Assembly (NCBI RefSeq): GCF_009914755.1
Contig: NC_060937.1
Source of the DNA: the human T2T-CHM13v2.0 reference genome, Homo sapiens
Strand: one strand, 5' to 3'
Length of the DNA: 64,000 bases
Made by a program: the position numbers and the translations under genes. This document shows positions 45,221 to 60,938 of the stretch, one piece after another (the stretch's first letter is position 1; each line of letters starts with the position of its first letter). The notes under the pieces are model-generated. The model was not told where the DNA came from and made no database searches. It saw nothing but the letters and a program-made list of their open reading frames with translations.

Positions 45221-48120
45221 AGATAAAATAAGCACAATCAAAATGATAAAAAGGATATTACCACTGACTCCACAGAAATATAAACAACCATCAGAGACAT
45301 TATAAATACTTCTGTGCACATAAACTAGAAAATCTAGAAGAAATTGATAAATTCCTGCACATATACACACTCTGAAGACTAAACCAGGAAGAAGTTGAAT
45401 CCCTGAATATACCAATAACAAGTTGTGAAATTGAGGCAGTAATAAATAGCCCACGAACCCCCCCCAAAAAAAAAAAACAACCCAGGACTTACAGCTGAAT
45501 TCCACTAGAGGTACAAAGAAGAGCTGGTAGCAGTCCTACTGAAACTATTCCAAACAACTGAAAAGGAGGGACCCCTCCCTAACTCATTCTAGGAGGCCAG
45601 CATCATCCTGATACCAAAACCTGGCAGAGATACAACAAAAAAAGAAAACTTCAGGCCAATATCCTTGATGATCATCAATGCAAAAATTTTCCACAAAATG
45701 CTGGCAAACCATTGAATCCAGCAGCACATCAAAAAGCTTATCCACCACAATCAAGTAGACTTCGTCCCCAGGATGCAAGGTTGATTCAATATACGCAAAT
45801 CAATAAATGTGGTTCATCACATAAAGAAAACTAAAGACAAAAACTACATGATTTTCTCACTAGATGCAGAAAAATCCTTCAATAAAATTCAACATCCCTT
45901 TATATTAACTCTCAATAAACTAGGTATTGAAGGAACATACCTCAAAATAATAAGAGCCATATATGACAAACCTGTAGCCAATATCATACTGAATGGACAA
46001 AAGCTGGAAGCATTACCCTTGAAAACCAGCACAAGACAGACAAGGATGCCCTCTCTCACCACTCCTATTCAACATAGTATTGGAAGGTCTGGCCAGGACA
46101 ATTAGGCAAGATAAAGATATAAAGTGTATTCAAATAGGAAGAGAGGAAGTGAAACTATCTTTGTTTGAAGATAACAGGATTCTATTTTTAGAACACCCCA
46201 TTGTCTCAACCCAAAAGCTTCTTAATCTGATAAGCAACTTCAGCAAAGTCTCAGGATATGAAATCAATGTGAAACATCACTAGCATTCTTACACACCAAC
46301 AACAGGCAAGCTGAGAGCCAAATTACGAATGAACTCCCGTTCACAATTTCGACAAAAAGAATAAAATACTTAGGAATATAGCTAACAAGGGAAGTGAAGG
46401 AGCTCTTCAGGGAGAACTACAAACCACTGCTCTAAGAAATCAGAGATGACACAAACAAATAGAAAACATTCCATGCTAATGGCTAGGAAGAATCAATAAC
46501 ATGAAAATGGCCATATCGCCCAAAGCAGTTGATAGATTCAATGCTATTCCCATTAATCTACCATTAACGTTCTTCACAGAATTAGAAAAAACTGTTTTAA
46601 AATTCATATGGAACCAAAAAAGAGCCCAAATAGCCAAGGCAATCCTAAGCAAAAAGAACAAAGCTGGAGACATCATGTTACCTGACTTCGAACTATACTA
46701 CAAGGCTACAGTAACCAAAACAGCATGGTACTGGTACAAGAACAGATAGAGAGACCAATGGAACAGAATAAAGAACTCAGAAATAAGACTGCAACCTACA
46801 ACCATCTGGTCTTCAACAAACCTGCTAAAAACAAGCAAAGGGGAAAGGATACCCTATTTAACAAATGGTGCTGGGAGAACTGGCTAGCCATATGCAGAAA
46901 ATTGAAACTGGATCCCTTCCTTACTTCATATACAAAAATAAACTCAAGATGGATTAAACACTTAAATGTAAAATCTAAAACTATAAAAACCCTAGAAGAA
47001 AATCTAGGCGATACTATTCAGGACATAGGCACAGGCAAAGATTTCATGATGAAGACACCAAAAGCAATTGCAACAAAAGCAAAAATTGACAAATGGGATC
47101 TAATTAAACTAAAAAGCTTCTGCACAGCAAAAGAAACTATCAACAGAGTAAACAGACAACCTACAGCGTGGGAGAAAATTTTTGCAGTCTATCCATCTGA
47201 CAAAGATCTAATATCCACCATCTATAAGGAATTTAAACAAATTCACAGAAGAAAAATAACCCCATTGAAAGCTGGGCAAAGAACATGAACAGACACTTTT
47301 CAAAAGAAGACATACATTCAACCAACAAACCTATAAAAGAAAGCTTAACATCACTGATCATTAGAGAAATGCAAATCAAAGCCACAGTAAGATATCATCT
47401 CACACCTGTCAAAATGCCTATTATTAAAAAGTCAAAAAAACAAGAGATACTGATGAGGTTGTGGAGAAAAAGGAATGCTTTTATGCTGTTGGTGGGAGTG
47501 TAAATAGTTCAACCACTGTGGAAGACTGGCAATTCCTCAAAGACCTAGAGGCAGAAATACCATTTGACCCAGCAATCCCATTACTGAGTATATACCCCCA
47601 AAATATAAATCATTCTGTTATAAAGATACATGCATGTGTATGTTCATTGCAGCACTAATCACAATAGCAAAGACATGGAATTAACCTAAATGCCCTTCAG
47701 TGATAGACTGGATAAAGAAAATGTGGTACACATATACCATGGAATACTATGCAGTCATAAAAAGGAAGAAGATCATGTCCCTTGCAAGGACATGGATGGA
47801 GCTGGAGGCCATTATCCTTAGCAAACTAATGCAAGAACAGAAAACCAAATACTGCACATTCTCACGTATAAGTGGGAGCTGAAGGATGAGAGCATGTGGA
47901 CATGGAGGGGAATAACATGCATTGGGGCCTGACAGAGAGCATGGGGTGGGAGGAGGGAGAGGATGAGGAAGAATAGCTAGTGGATGCTGGGCTCAATACT
48001 TAGTTAGTGGGATGATCTGTGCAGCAAACCACCATGGCACATGTTTATCTATGTAACAAACCTACACATCCTGCACATGTACCCCTGAACTTAAAATAAA
48101 AGTTGGAAGTTTAAAAAAAT
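45221..48120 (+). mobile_element. L1PA10/11-like, 5'-truncated, degenerate ORF2 plus 3'UTR
   Basis: RT/C-terminal peptides in the ORF track ([24 protein letters not shown]); 3'UTR gggatgatctgtgcagcaaaccaccatggcac. Confidence 0.93.
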
Positions 48121-49396
48121 GCTGTACAACTTTGTTTTTATACAATTCAGATCCCCATCTTTTCTCAAAAGTGCAGTTTTGAAGTGGAAAATGAAGAGAG
48201 GGATGAGATGTGGCTTGTAGGAAAAAAGATTAATAAAGTCTTTCTGATTAATGATCTAAGACAAAATTTAAATGGATATGTTTAAAATCAGTTCCACCCT
48301 GAACTGCCCTTGAAATACATTGCTACAGATTATTAAATCACTCATATGAGTTAGAAATTGCATTTTACTTATCACACAGAAACCATTGCTGTTGTTGAAC
48401 CGACAGATGATTAACCCCCAACAAATTCCAGTTTATTAATATTAGAGGGAGGACAGAGCACTGCACCTCAACACATGTGAGAGGACATGCCCAGCCCTGT
48501 CTATCCCAGTCTAAGAAAGTGTTCCCTTTTGTTTCTTTTGGTGGCCTTCAATTATTCTGGAGTGTTTCCCCCTCACTATTGTTGTGGTCTTAGCTTGTAA
48601 TCAATAGTTAATCAGAATTTCAGAAGTTTCTATGTTGGTTATACCTCTTGACTTATCAAAAAAGCAAATTTCTATCTTGTTTTTATGTACTTCTTCAGGA
48701 AAAGGATCAAAGGCCAGCTTCCTATAACACAAAGACAGCTTAAACATGATTCAATATCTGCTTCTGGTGGGGTAAAATATTGATTGTGGATTCAAAGCAA
48801 GTAAATAGAAACAAAGAAAATATTTGTTATATTGATCATCTCGAATATTGCTTAGAGTATGCCATTATTTCCAAATCCCACTTACAAAGTACACAGTATT
48901 TTATCATTATTTAGTTGAATTTATTTTCACTGACTGGGTAAATAATCTTTCAGATTATTCTCCTAAAGGATTGGTATAGCAACAAGCTGTTAAACTGACC
49001 TATTTCGCTGGCTTCCTTTGGTTCCCTCCAGCCTGAATTGCAAACTCTATTTCTCTTCCTCTTTTAGTAACTGTGCCTGCTAGCTTCAGAAAAAAATTCT
49101 AATTTGTTATAAATAATCTTGGACTTGAAAGCCAAAAAAGTCATAGTTCTAGCTGTATATCTTCCATATTCATTGTAATTGTGAGGATTTCTCCCAGAAA
49201 ATTTCTACTTGAAAAACTTACCATCTTAATACTTAATGTTATTCTCATCACAACTCCAGAATTTTTCATCACAATACAGTATGCTTGCTTTATTAGGTAA
49301 ATAAGTATATAAAGGAAAGCACTCTGGAATCTATCTATTGAAAAGTAAGTCTACACAATTAAGTAAACTAGTAATAGAAATTTTTGGTTCTAAAAG

Positions 49397-49971
49397 TGAA
49401 ACTGTCCCTATAAATTTTATAAAATTACTCAGGAAATAAGGGAGGTGGAGAAACAAAACAAAAATAAACCAATCTTTCGGCATAGTCACATTAATCATTA
49501 GGTCAGCCTGCTCTTTGACCAGCTTCCTTATAATTGTTTGCTGCTTAACGTTCCAGAATCACTAGACCTTGTCATAAGACTATCGTTTTTCTTAACTGCT
49601 CTATAGATAACAGAAGCATTGTGAAATATTGAGTTTTCAATTTGAGATATGATTTCAGTTCCCCTGTACCAGTAAAACTACTAACACCAGCTGCTCTGAA
49701 GGATACCACAAAGAGCTGACTCACCAAAGAATGCAGTTTCCACATCCTGATGATTTCATGCCCCTTACCCTAACCAATCAATGACTCCAATTTTCCAGCC
49801 CCTTACTCTCCATAATCCCCTTAAAAACTTCAGCCCAGAACACCTCAGGGAGATGGAGTTAAGAGTCTCCTCCCATCTTACCACTGGTCTGCCTCGTAAT
49901 CATTAAACTTTCTCTGCTGTCTCAGTGTATTGGTCTGAGAGCAGGCACATGAACCTGTTAGTCTAATAACA
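49397..49971 (+). mobile_element. ERV1 solo LTR (LTR26-like)
   Basis: TGAAACTGTCCCTATAAA...TAACA; internal TGACTCA, CCAAT, TATA-like CTTAAAA and ATTAAA. Confidence 0.75.
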
Positions 49972-50768
49972 ATAGTATCAAAACGCAGAACTGTGAGCAC
50001 ACTGCTGCGTAAATGATCTATTTCATATTTTCCAGAAAGCAGATAGGCAGCTCATTGTATTCCAATAAGGCTCATTTACACAAATAACGGGTCTGTTAAG
50101 TCACGAAGCAAGAAACGAAGCAACATATCTCAGATAAGGATTTATCTTGGGTGCTGATGAAGCATTGTCTGAGGAATGAGGATATCACAAGTCTGAATGT
50201 CAATCTGAGAGGCAAATTCTTAAATTATGGAAGGAGGGTATGAATTTGGTCACAAAATTTAACATAACAACTTTAGTAACAAAAATGAAGCTTAAGCGAC
50301 AATTTACACTACTATTATATAAGTAAGTCTAGCATTCAGCATATTTAAGTAGGTAGTATATCTATAAAGTTAAATGATAAAAGTTGGGTTAATTTGCCAG
50401 GTTAGCAGAATCCAGATTGATCTTTTAGCTGTTCTTGTTCTACCTCTGGACTATTGCATGATCTTGGAAAAGAATGAACAGTTTTTTAACAAGGAAGATG
50501 TAATTTCTGGACGAACTCTCCTTGTTCATTTATAAATGGATCTTCCTTATAAATCACATGATGAAGTAGTTGTTTCTCAAAAAAACCTCTACATAGATGG
50601 TTTCATGTCATCATTTATTGGTACACTTTATCCTAAATTATGGTATAATAACTTAGGGGGAAGCTAGTCAAGAAAAACATACACATTTGCATACACAGTA
50701 GCAGATCTAGACTAATTATGATCACTCTTAATGCGCTATGACTGTTCTCAACTACCACCTAGTCTATC

Positions 50769-51255
50769 CTGCATTAACCAATATGGTAGCCACTAGCTGC
50801 CTGTGACTACATAAATTAAAGATTCAGTTATTCAGTTGCAATGGCTTCATTTCCAATGCTCAGTAGCCACATGGCATAGGAAATGTAGGTATACAGAACA
50901 TTTTCATCACTGCAGAAAGTTTTTTATTGTTTTTGTTTTTGTTTTTGAGACAGAGTCTCACTTTGTCACCCAGGCTGGAGTGCAGTGGGGGAAATCTCTG
51001 CTCACTGCAGCCTCCACCTGCTGGGTTCAAGTGATTCTCGTGCCTCAGCCTCCCGAGTAGCTGGAATTACAGACGTGCACCACCATGCCTGGCGAATTTT
51101 TGTATTTTTACTAGAGACGGGGTTTCACCATGTTGGCCAGGCTGGTCTCAAACTCCTGACCTCAAGTGATCCAGCTGCCTCGGCCTCCCACAGTGCTGGG
51201 ATTACAGGCGTGGGCCACCGTGCCCAGCCAGAAAGTTCTATTGGATAACACATTT
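50769..51255. mobile_element. MER3 (hAT-Charlie), interrupted by an Alu
   Basis: ccaatatggtagccactagc...catcactgcagaaagtt[Alu]ctattgga. Confidence 0.78.
50922..51229 (-). mobile_element. AluSx/Sz-like
   Basis: TSD AGAAAGTT at 50914 and 51230. Confidence 0.94.
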
Positions 51256-52059
51256 AGCTTGAACTTGCAGCTTGCCATGATAATTGACTTCTTTAATAAT
51301 TTTTTAATTATTCAGCAATTAATATTTTTATTATAGGAAATTTAGAAACTACAGATAAACCAAATGAATTCAATTAGGATCAGCTAATCCTGCGATGCAA
51401 ACAGATAACTACTTAATATTTCATATTTATTTTTGGTGCTTCTTCCAAGCATATAAAAATTTTAAGTGAAAATCCAACATACTAAACTTACTGTTTTTAT
51501 ACTTTATCTCATAAAATATGTTATGAACATTTCTGTATGTCACTTTTTCTCTACATAATTTCACATGACTCTATAATAGTTTTTCAGAATACTGCTGCAT
51601 AGTTGTCACTATAGACTACTACTGCCCTATACTTCATTTAACAAATCCCTTCATCTGAAACATACAGATGATTTTTAATTTCTCTATTATAAAAAGCTCT
51701 ATAGGTGAACCTATTTATGATTAGTTTCTTAGTATAAATCCTAGAATTAGAATTCATTAGTGTTAATTTACTTCTGAAACGTCACTTTGAGAAATTTAAT
51801 TTGATGGAAATAGGTCTGAACCAAGGTTTTCTCACCTACATAAGACAGGGATTAATGAAATGATCTCCAAGTACCCTCCTAGCTTTTCAGATCTAAGAAT
51901 TTTTTCAGTGAGTGACAAAATATGAAATTCCTAAGAAGGAAGAAAGAAAAAAACACATAGGTTTGAAAAAGCAATTTAATACATCAGATTTCCTCCCTCA
52001 TACACGTACAATAATGTCATGAAAGCAGCAATTTCGGGGCTGGTAGGGGAAAGATATGA

Positions 52060-52073
52060 CCACCAGGTGGCAG
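52060..52073 (+). promoter_or_regulatory. CTCF core motif
   Basis: CCACCAGGTGGCAG is a full match to CCASYAGRKGGCRS, in non-repeat sequence. Confidence 0.6.
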
Positions 52074-52599
52074 CAGTACACAAAGTGCTTTGTGTGGTGC
52101 TTGGACAGGCTGGCATGTAGGAGTGTAGGTGGGGGTGAAGCCCAGGGCTCTTGGAGACCTTCCAGAGACCATGGCGTGGGGCCACCACCCAAAGGGGAAG
52201 AGAGCAAGGGAACTCCCTGGGGAGTGGAAAATCAGAGAAAGGGGGTTACCTGGCTAGGTGATGTCCCTCAGCCTCACGATGTGGGAGGCTCTGGGTCAGA
52301 GAGTTAGGAAGAACAGCACGGACTTGGGTCTTCCATAGCCTCAGGGTCTGGCATATCTAAGGCTAACAGATGTCGGTGGAGTTTCTGGGGTAAGCAAAGC
52401 AGGCAGGCTCTGAATGACTAAAAAATATGCTTTCTTGGGCCATATTTAAAACAATTGGCTGTACAAGAATTTGAGTTTGCTGCCGGCAGGCTTTTGAGCC
52501 AATGGTCTTGGTCAGTAATGAAGAAGTAAGCCACATAAAACCAATATAGAGAGGCCATCTTTTTCTCATTTTTGGAACAAGCATAACTTGCATCTTATT

Positions 52600-52720
52600 G
52601 TTCAATCACTTAATCAACAAACATTTATGAAGTGCCTACTATGTTCTGAGCACTATGCCAGGAAAAGAGCTTGCAAAGTTGAGGAAGATGTCATCCATGA
52701 CGCTAGGGGACTCACGATTT
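52600..52720 (-). mobile_element. L2 3' end fragment
   Basis: aatcaacaaacatttatgaagtgcctactatgttctgagcactatgc. Confidence 0.7.
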
Positions 52721-54105
52721 TGGAAGAGGGCCTTTTGAATGGGAGAGTGGGACCCTGAAATGGTAGACAGGAAGCTGTTGCTCTTTCCCTCTTCGTGGGT
52801 TTTCCTAGAATAGCTGTCTAACTACTAATAATTATTTTACAGTGGGGGTACATTGTATCAAATGTATTACAATCAATCTACTTTTATCTCCAACTCCATA
52901 ATCAATCTCTGTTAATAAGGAGAATTCATTATTATCAAAACTCATACATATGTAGGGATGGAGGTGGAGGGAAATGTGGCAGTTCTGGGCAATTATTAGA
53001 AAAGACTTTATGATTAAGATGTCTGAAATCAAACTTGCTCTTCACTTTCTTTTTCCTCAGAATTTAGCTAATCTTCTGGCTCCACTATCCTGTCATCAAC
53101 CTGACCTAGAAATTGCAAAATATGTTTGTCTCCATCTTCTCCTTCAAAGCCAGCATACAGTCAGTTGCTAAGTCATCTAGATTCTGTGGTCAGAGTGACT
53201 TCACTGAACCTCCTGTTCTTTCTGTGTTCAGGGCATGATCCTGTTCAGGTCATCATTTCCTCTAGCAAGTGTTTCCTGAACATCTCCTACTCCCAAATCC
53301 CAGGCTACTCATTGCTCTCAGATGGTTCTTCTATAAATATAGCTCTAACTTCATCATTCCTCTGTTCAAAAGTGCCACAGCAAACTCCTTATTCTAGCAT
53401 TCAAAAATACTACAGGACATTATCCCAATGTTCCTGATTGTAAAGTGTATCCTTTACTATAATCTCAGGTGTTATAGGACATCAGCATAATCCAAAACAT
53501 GTTTTATAATCATCTTCTCAGAGTCTTTACTTATGCAGAACTCTTTTCCTAAAATAGGTTCCCCAAACCCTGCAGATCAAAACCAGATCCAGATTTCAAG
53601 GCTAAACACAAAATCACCATTTTCAAGAAACCTTTCCTCATTTCTGTAATTAACTGAAAACATATGTGGCTTTTAACCAGAACTTTCTCTGGACTTCTTA
53701 GAAAATTTTTACTTCACTCTAATTACCTTGTGTTGTGTATTTGACTAAATAAGACTAAAGTCTCCTAAAAGACTAAACTTTGCATAAGACTCTTTGTTAC
53801 TCATTTATGCAACTTCTGTGTCTATTATTGGAATAAATGAAAATGTGTTGTGCTTTTCATATACACAGAGAACACTGTACTTCAGGTGGACTTTTTTTCA
53901 CTGTTGATCAGGCAACGTGTTCAGTAATGGAAACTGATGGATGAAAAAAGATATTCTTTGTCAATAAAAACCAAAAATAGTAATAAATAATTCTGATATC
54001 ATGGATAGAGCCACCAAGCTGCCTCATTCAGTCAGAAAAAATATTAATTGCCAAAAAAGAACACATATGCATGCACACAATTTTATGACTTATCATTATT
54101 ATTAA

Positions 54106-54478
<373 letters not shown>

Positions 54479-55705
54479 AGAGGACATAATAATTTTAAAT
54501 GTATATGCACCCAACACTGGAGAACCCAGATATATAAAACAAATATTATTAGAGCTAAAGAGAGAGATAGTCCCCAGTACAGTAATATCTGGAGACTTCA
54601 ATAGTCCACTTTCAGTATTGGACAGATCTCCCATACAGACAATCAACAAACAAACACTGGATTTAATCTGCACTACAGACCAAATGGATTTAATAGATAT
54701 TTACAGAACATTTAATCCAATGGCTGCAGAATACACATTCTTTTCTTCAGCACATGGATGATTCTCAAGGATAAACCATATGTTAGGCCACAGAACAACT
54801 CCTAAAGATTAAAAAAATTGAAATAATATCAAGCATCTTCTCTGACCACAATGGAATAAAACTAAAAATCAATACATGGAAATTAAACAATATGCTCCTG
54901 AATGACAAATGGGTCAATGAAGAAATTAAGAAGGAAATTGAAAAATTTCTTGAAAACATGATAACGTCAAAACAACATACTAAACAGCAAAAGCAGTACT
55001 CAGAGAAGCTGATAGCTCTAAGTGCCTATATCAAAAGGAAGAAAAAATTCAAATAAACAATCTAATGATGCATCTTAAGGAATTAGAAAAGCAAGACCAA
55101 ACTAAACCCTAAATTAGTATAAGAAAAGAAATAATAAAGATCAGAGCAGAAATAAATGGGACTGAAATGAAGAAAATGCAAAAGATCAATGAAACAAACA
55201 GTTGGTTTTTTGAAAAGTTAAACTAAACAAACCTTTAGCCAGAGTAACTAAGAAAAAAAGAGAAAAGGTCCAAATAAATAAAATCAGAGATGAAAAAAAG
55301 GAGACATTACAACTGATAGTGCAGAAATTCAAAGGCTCATTAGTGGCTACTTTCAGCAACCATATGCCAATAAATTGGAAAATCTAGAAGAAATGGACAA
55401 ATAACTAGACATACACAAACTACCAAGATTGGACCAGAAAAAAAAAAACAACACAAAACCTGAACAGACCAATAACAAGTAACGGGATCAAAGCCGTAAT
55501 AAAAAGTCTCCTAGTAAAAAGAAGCCTGGTACCTGATGGCTTCAATGCCAAATTCTACCAAACATTTAAAGAACTAATACCAACCCTACTCAAACTATTC
55601 TGAAAAACAGAGGAAGGAACCCTGCTAAACTCCTTCTATGAGGCCGGTCTTACCCTGATACCCAAACCAGACAAAGACACATCAAAAAAAGAAAACTACA
55701 AGCCA

Positions 55706-56088
<383 letters not shown>

Positions 56089-57488
56089 TCAACAATATAT
56101 TAGAAAGATCATTCATCGTGACCAAGTGGGATTTGTCTCTGGCATGCGGGGATGGTTCAACATACACAAGTCAATCATTATAATACATCATATCAACAGA
56201 ATAAAGGATAAAAACCATATGATCATTTCATATGGTTTTTTATTGATGTTGAAAAAGCATTTGATAAAATTCAACATCCCTTCATGATTAAAAACCCTAA
56301 AAAAACTGGGGATACAAGGAATATACCACAACATAATAAAAGCCATATATGACAGACCCACAGCTAGTATCATACTGAATAGGGGAAACGCCGAAAGCCT
56401 TTCCTCGAAGATCTGGAACACAACAAGGATGCCCAATTTCACCACTGTTATTCCACATAGTGTGGGAAGTATGGTTAGAGCAATCAGACAAGAAAAATAA
56501 ATAAAGGGTATCCAGATTGGAATGGAAGAAGTCAAATTATTCTTGTTTGCAGATGATATGATCTTATATTTGGAAAAAACCTAAAGATTGCACCAAAAAA
56601 CTATTAGAACTGATAAATTCAGTAAAGTTGCAGGATACAAAATCAACATATAAAAATCAATAGCATTTCTATATGACAACAGTGAACAATCTGAAAAAGT
56701 AATAAAAACATAATCTCATTTACAAGAACCACACATAAAATTAAATACCTAGGAATTAACCAAAGATGTGAAAGATACCTATAATGAAAATTAGAAAACA
56801 CTTATGGAAGAAATGGGAAAATATTCTTTGTTGTTGGATTGGAAGAATCAGTATTGTTCAACTGTCCATACTACCCAAAGCAATCTACAGATTCAGTGCA
56901 ATCCCTATCAAAATACTAATGACATTCTTCACATAAACAGAAAAAACAATCCCCAAATGTATATGGAACCCCCAAAGACCCACAATAGCCAAAGTTTTCC
57001 TAAGCAAAAAGAATAAAACTAGAGGAATCACATTACCTGATTTCAAATTATACTACAGAGCTACAGTAACCAAAACAGCATGGTACTGGCATAAACACAG
57101 ACACATAGACCAATGTAACAGAATAGAGAACCTGGAAACAGATCCATACACCTACAGTGGACTCATTTTCGACAAGGATGCCAAGAACATATACTAGGGA
57201 AAAAACAGTCTCTTCAATAACTGGTACTGGGAAAACTGTATATCCCCATGCAGAAGAATGAAACTAGACCCCTGTCCCTGGCCAGATACAAAAATCAAAT
57301 AAAAATGAATTAAAGACTTAAATATAAGACCTCTCAAACTATGAAACTACTGCAAGAAAACATTAGGGAAAATCTCCAGGACATAGGTTGGGGCAAATAT
57401 TTCTTGAGCAATAAATACCCCACAGGAACAGACAACCAAAGTAAACATGGACAAATTGCATCACATCAAGTTTAAAAAGCTCCTGCAC

Positions 57489-57523
57489 ACTGCTTCTTGG
57501 GCTTTTGGCTAAGATCAAGTATA
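57489..57523 (+). pseudogene. 3'-truncated U2 snRNA retrocopy (nt 1-35)
   Basis: 30/35 match to ATCGCTTCTCGGCCTTTTGGCTAAGATCAAGTGTA; TSD AAAAAGC(T/A)CCTGCAC at 57474 and 57524. Confidence 0.85.
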
Positions 57524-59023
57524 AAAAAGCACCTGCACAGCAAAGGATACAATCAACAAAGTGAAGAGACAACTCACAGAATGGGAGAAAATATTTGCAA
57601 ACTACTCATCTGACAACAGATTACTAACCAGAATATATAAGGAGCTCAAACAACTCCAAGGGAAAAAATTGGATAATCGGATCAAAAAATGGGCAATAGA
57701 TCTGCTTAGACATTTCTCAAATGAAGATATACAAATGGCAAACAGGCATATGAAAAGGTGCTCAACCTCATTGATCATCAGAGAAATGCAAATCAAAACT
57801 ACAATGAAATACCATCTCACCCCAGTTAAAATGGCTTATATCCAAAAGACAGGCAATAACAAATGTTGGGAGGATGTGGAGAAAAGGGAACCCTTGTACA
57901 CTGTTGGTGGGAATGTAAATTAGTACAAATACTCTGAAGAACAGTTTGGAGGTTCCTCAAAAAACTAAAAATTGAGCTACCACAGGATGCAGCAATCCCA
58001 CTGCTGGGTATATACCCAAAAGAAAGGAAATCAATACATTGAAGAGCTATCTGCATTCCCATGTTTGTTGCAGCACTGTTCAGGATAGTCAAGATTTGGA
58101 AGCAACCTAAGTGTCTATGAACAGGTGAATGGGTAAAGAAAATGTGGTACATATACACAATGGAATACTATTCAGCTATAAAAAAGAATGAGATCCTGTC
58201 ATTTGCAACAGGATGGATGGAACTGGAGATCATTATGGTGAGTGAAATAAACCAGGCAAAGAAAAACAAACATCTCATGTTCTCACTTATTTTTGGGATC
58301 TAATAATCAAAACAATTGAACTCATTGACATACAGAGTAGAAGGATAGTTACCAGAGGCTGAGAAAGATAATTGGGGGCTTGGGGAAGTGGCCATGGGTA
58401 CAAAAAAATAGAAAAGATGAATAATACCCACCGTTTGATAGCACAACATGGACACTGTAGTCAATAATTTCATTGTACATTTTAAAATCACAAAAAGAGT
58501 ACAATTGGATTGTTTGTAACACAAAGAATAAATGATTGAGGGAAGGATGCCCCATTTCCCATGATGTGATTAGTATGCATTGCATGCCTGTATCAAGACA
58601 TCTCATGTACTCCATAAATATATACACCTATTATGTATCCACAGAAATTAAAAATAACTTTCCCAATTATTTGTAATGGAAAATGGCTGTATTGTCCCAC
58701 TGAAATTATTTTTTCCTTGGTGCAGAATCTGGGAAAGGCCTCAACTGTGCATCATGGGAAATTGATTTTTAATAATACATCTCTAGTTGTGCACATGATT
58801 AGGGACTAACTCATGGTAAGTAAAGTCAGCAGAAACTTCTTCCTCTCACCAGGTTCCTGGGAGGTTGGCTTCTTGATGAGTTAATTGCTCATGGAGTCTG
58901 TACCTGAGCCAGTAGAGACAGTCGTGAGGGGTATTTTTGGACATCACAATTTAGAGCTTTCCCTTGGAAGGTGCTGGGTAAGCACCGCTGAAAATTGCCG
59001 TTCTTTGGGTGCCCCGTTTCTAG

Positions 59024-59368
<345 letters not shown>

Positions 59369-59499
59369 TAAGACCTTAATCATCTGGATACTGCCTCCAA
59401 GTCTTCCCAGCAACATACCTTGTTTCTTTTCTCTTAAGCTCCAACTGCTCCCCCTTTATACATCTGTATTCCTTATGGTAAAATAAACACTAATTATGC

Positions 59500-59643
59500 T
59501 GCACCATGACTATCTGTTATTTTTCCTTGCCTGGAAGAACAGCTCCTTGAGGGCAGGGATCATTTTTTATTATCGTACTCATACCCAGCTACTGCCTGGC
59601 ATACAATGGATGCTCAAAAAACTTTGCCAAATGAATGAATGAA
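59500..59643 (+). mobile_element. L2 3' end
   Basis: agctccttgagggcaggga...tgcctggcatac...aatgaatgaatgaa. Confidence 0.8.
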
Positions 59644-60277
59644 CAGTAGACTTTGTCTAATCTCATGTATGTATTCATACCATTTTCACTTGGAGAAGGT
59701 GACTTCTTACAAGTCTTAATGAAAACTTACTTCACCCATTATGTACTAAGGGATCCACGTTTCACTACCTGATGAAATATGCTTCTTAAGGTGTGTACAG
59801 TTTTGGCTGCTTTTCAAGCTGGACTTGCTCAATCCGTTAGTCATCTTCCCTGGAGCTAAGTGCTAAAATGTCACAAATTGCAGCTGGTTCCTTGTTTCTT
59901 TCCAACATATATCTCTCATTTTACTGTTCAAACTATGTTCTTAGTTAAATGTATACCTGAGAATGACAGAGGCATGTTATGAAGAGGCAACATATGTCCC
60001 TAAATGGACCTCTGTCCCTAAATAAACTTGGCGGGTTTTTTTTTAAATCTTTCTTTCAGCCTCATCCTGAAAAACAACCTGATTTCATACTAATTAATAA
60101 AAACTGAAATGTTTCAACAGGAGGTTAATTACTAGCTAGGATGAACAAATGCAATAGAATAACTGCCTCTGAAATACCGGGTAATTGCTGACAAACTGAA
60201 AGGACTGTCTGAATTGTAATTTGGACAAGGGAATTGATTTTAATAGGACTTTTGGGTTTTAAAAATTCCTAGTAAAG

Positions 60278-60601
<324 letters not shown>

Positions 60602-60848
60602 TCATCCTTATTTTGAAAATTAATCCTAGAGTTAAAGCTAGTTGAGCATTCACTGCCAGGTTGGAAGTGCCGACCAATGAACTTTTTAAGTTAAAAAAAA
60701 AGGGGTTATATTAGTATTTAAGTTATGCCAAATATTTTAGATATTAAAGAAAGTTGTATTTACAATTATATTGTTTAATTCTCAATATATTACCAAATAT
60801 ATCGTTTATTTAAAGATGGGAAAAATTAAAATCTACTTATGTTTGAGT

Positions 60849-60938
60849 TCTAATCCTATTTTGCTATGCAAATCTAATCCTGATTTGCATAGCAAAATCA
60901 AGATTAGATTATAATGTTGCTAAATGCAACATTATAAT
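60849..60938. repeat. Two adjacent inverted repeats (17-bp and 13-bp perfect stems)
   Basis: 60858-60874 pairs with 60882-60898; 60908-60920 pairs with 60926-60938. Confidence 0.93.

Noticed and set aside
45809-47882. Reverse-transcriptase-like peptides (also at 30883-35726 and 54459-57923)
   Set aside because: Fragments of frameshifted L1 ORF1/ORF2, not intact or novel genes.
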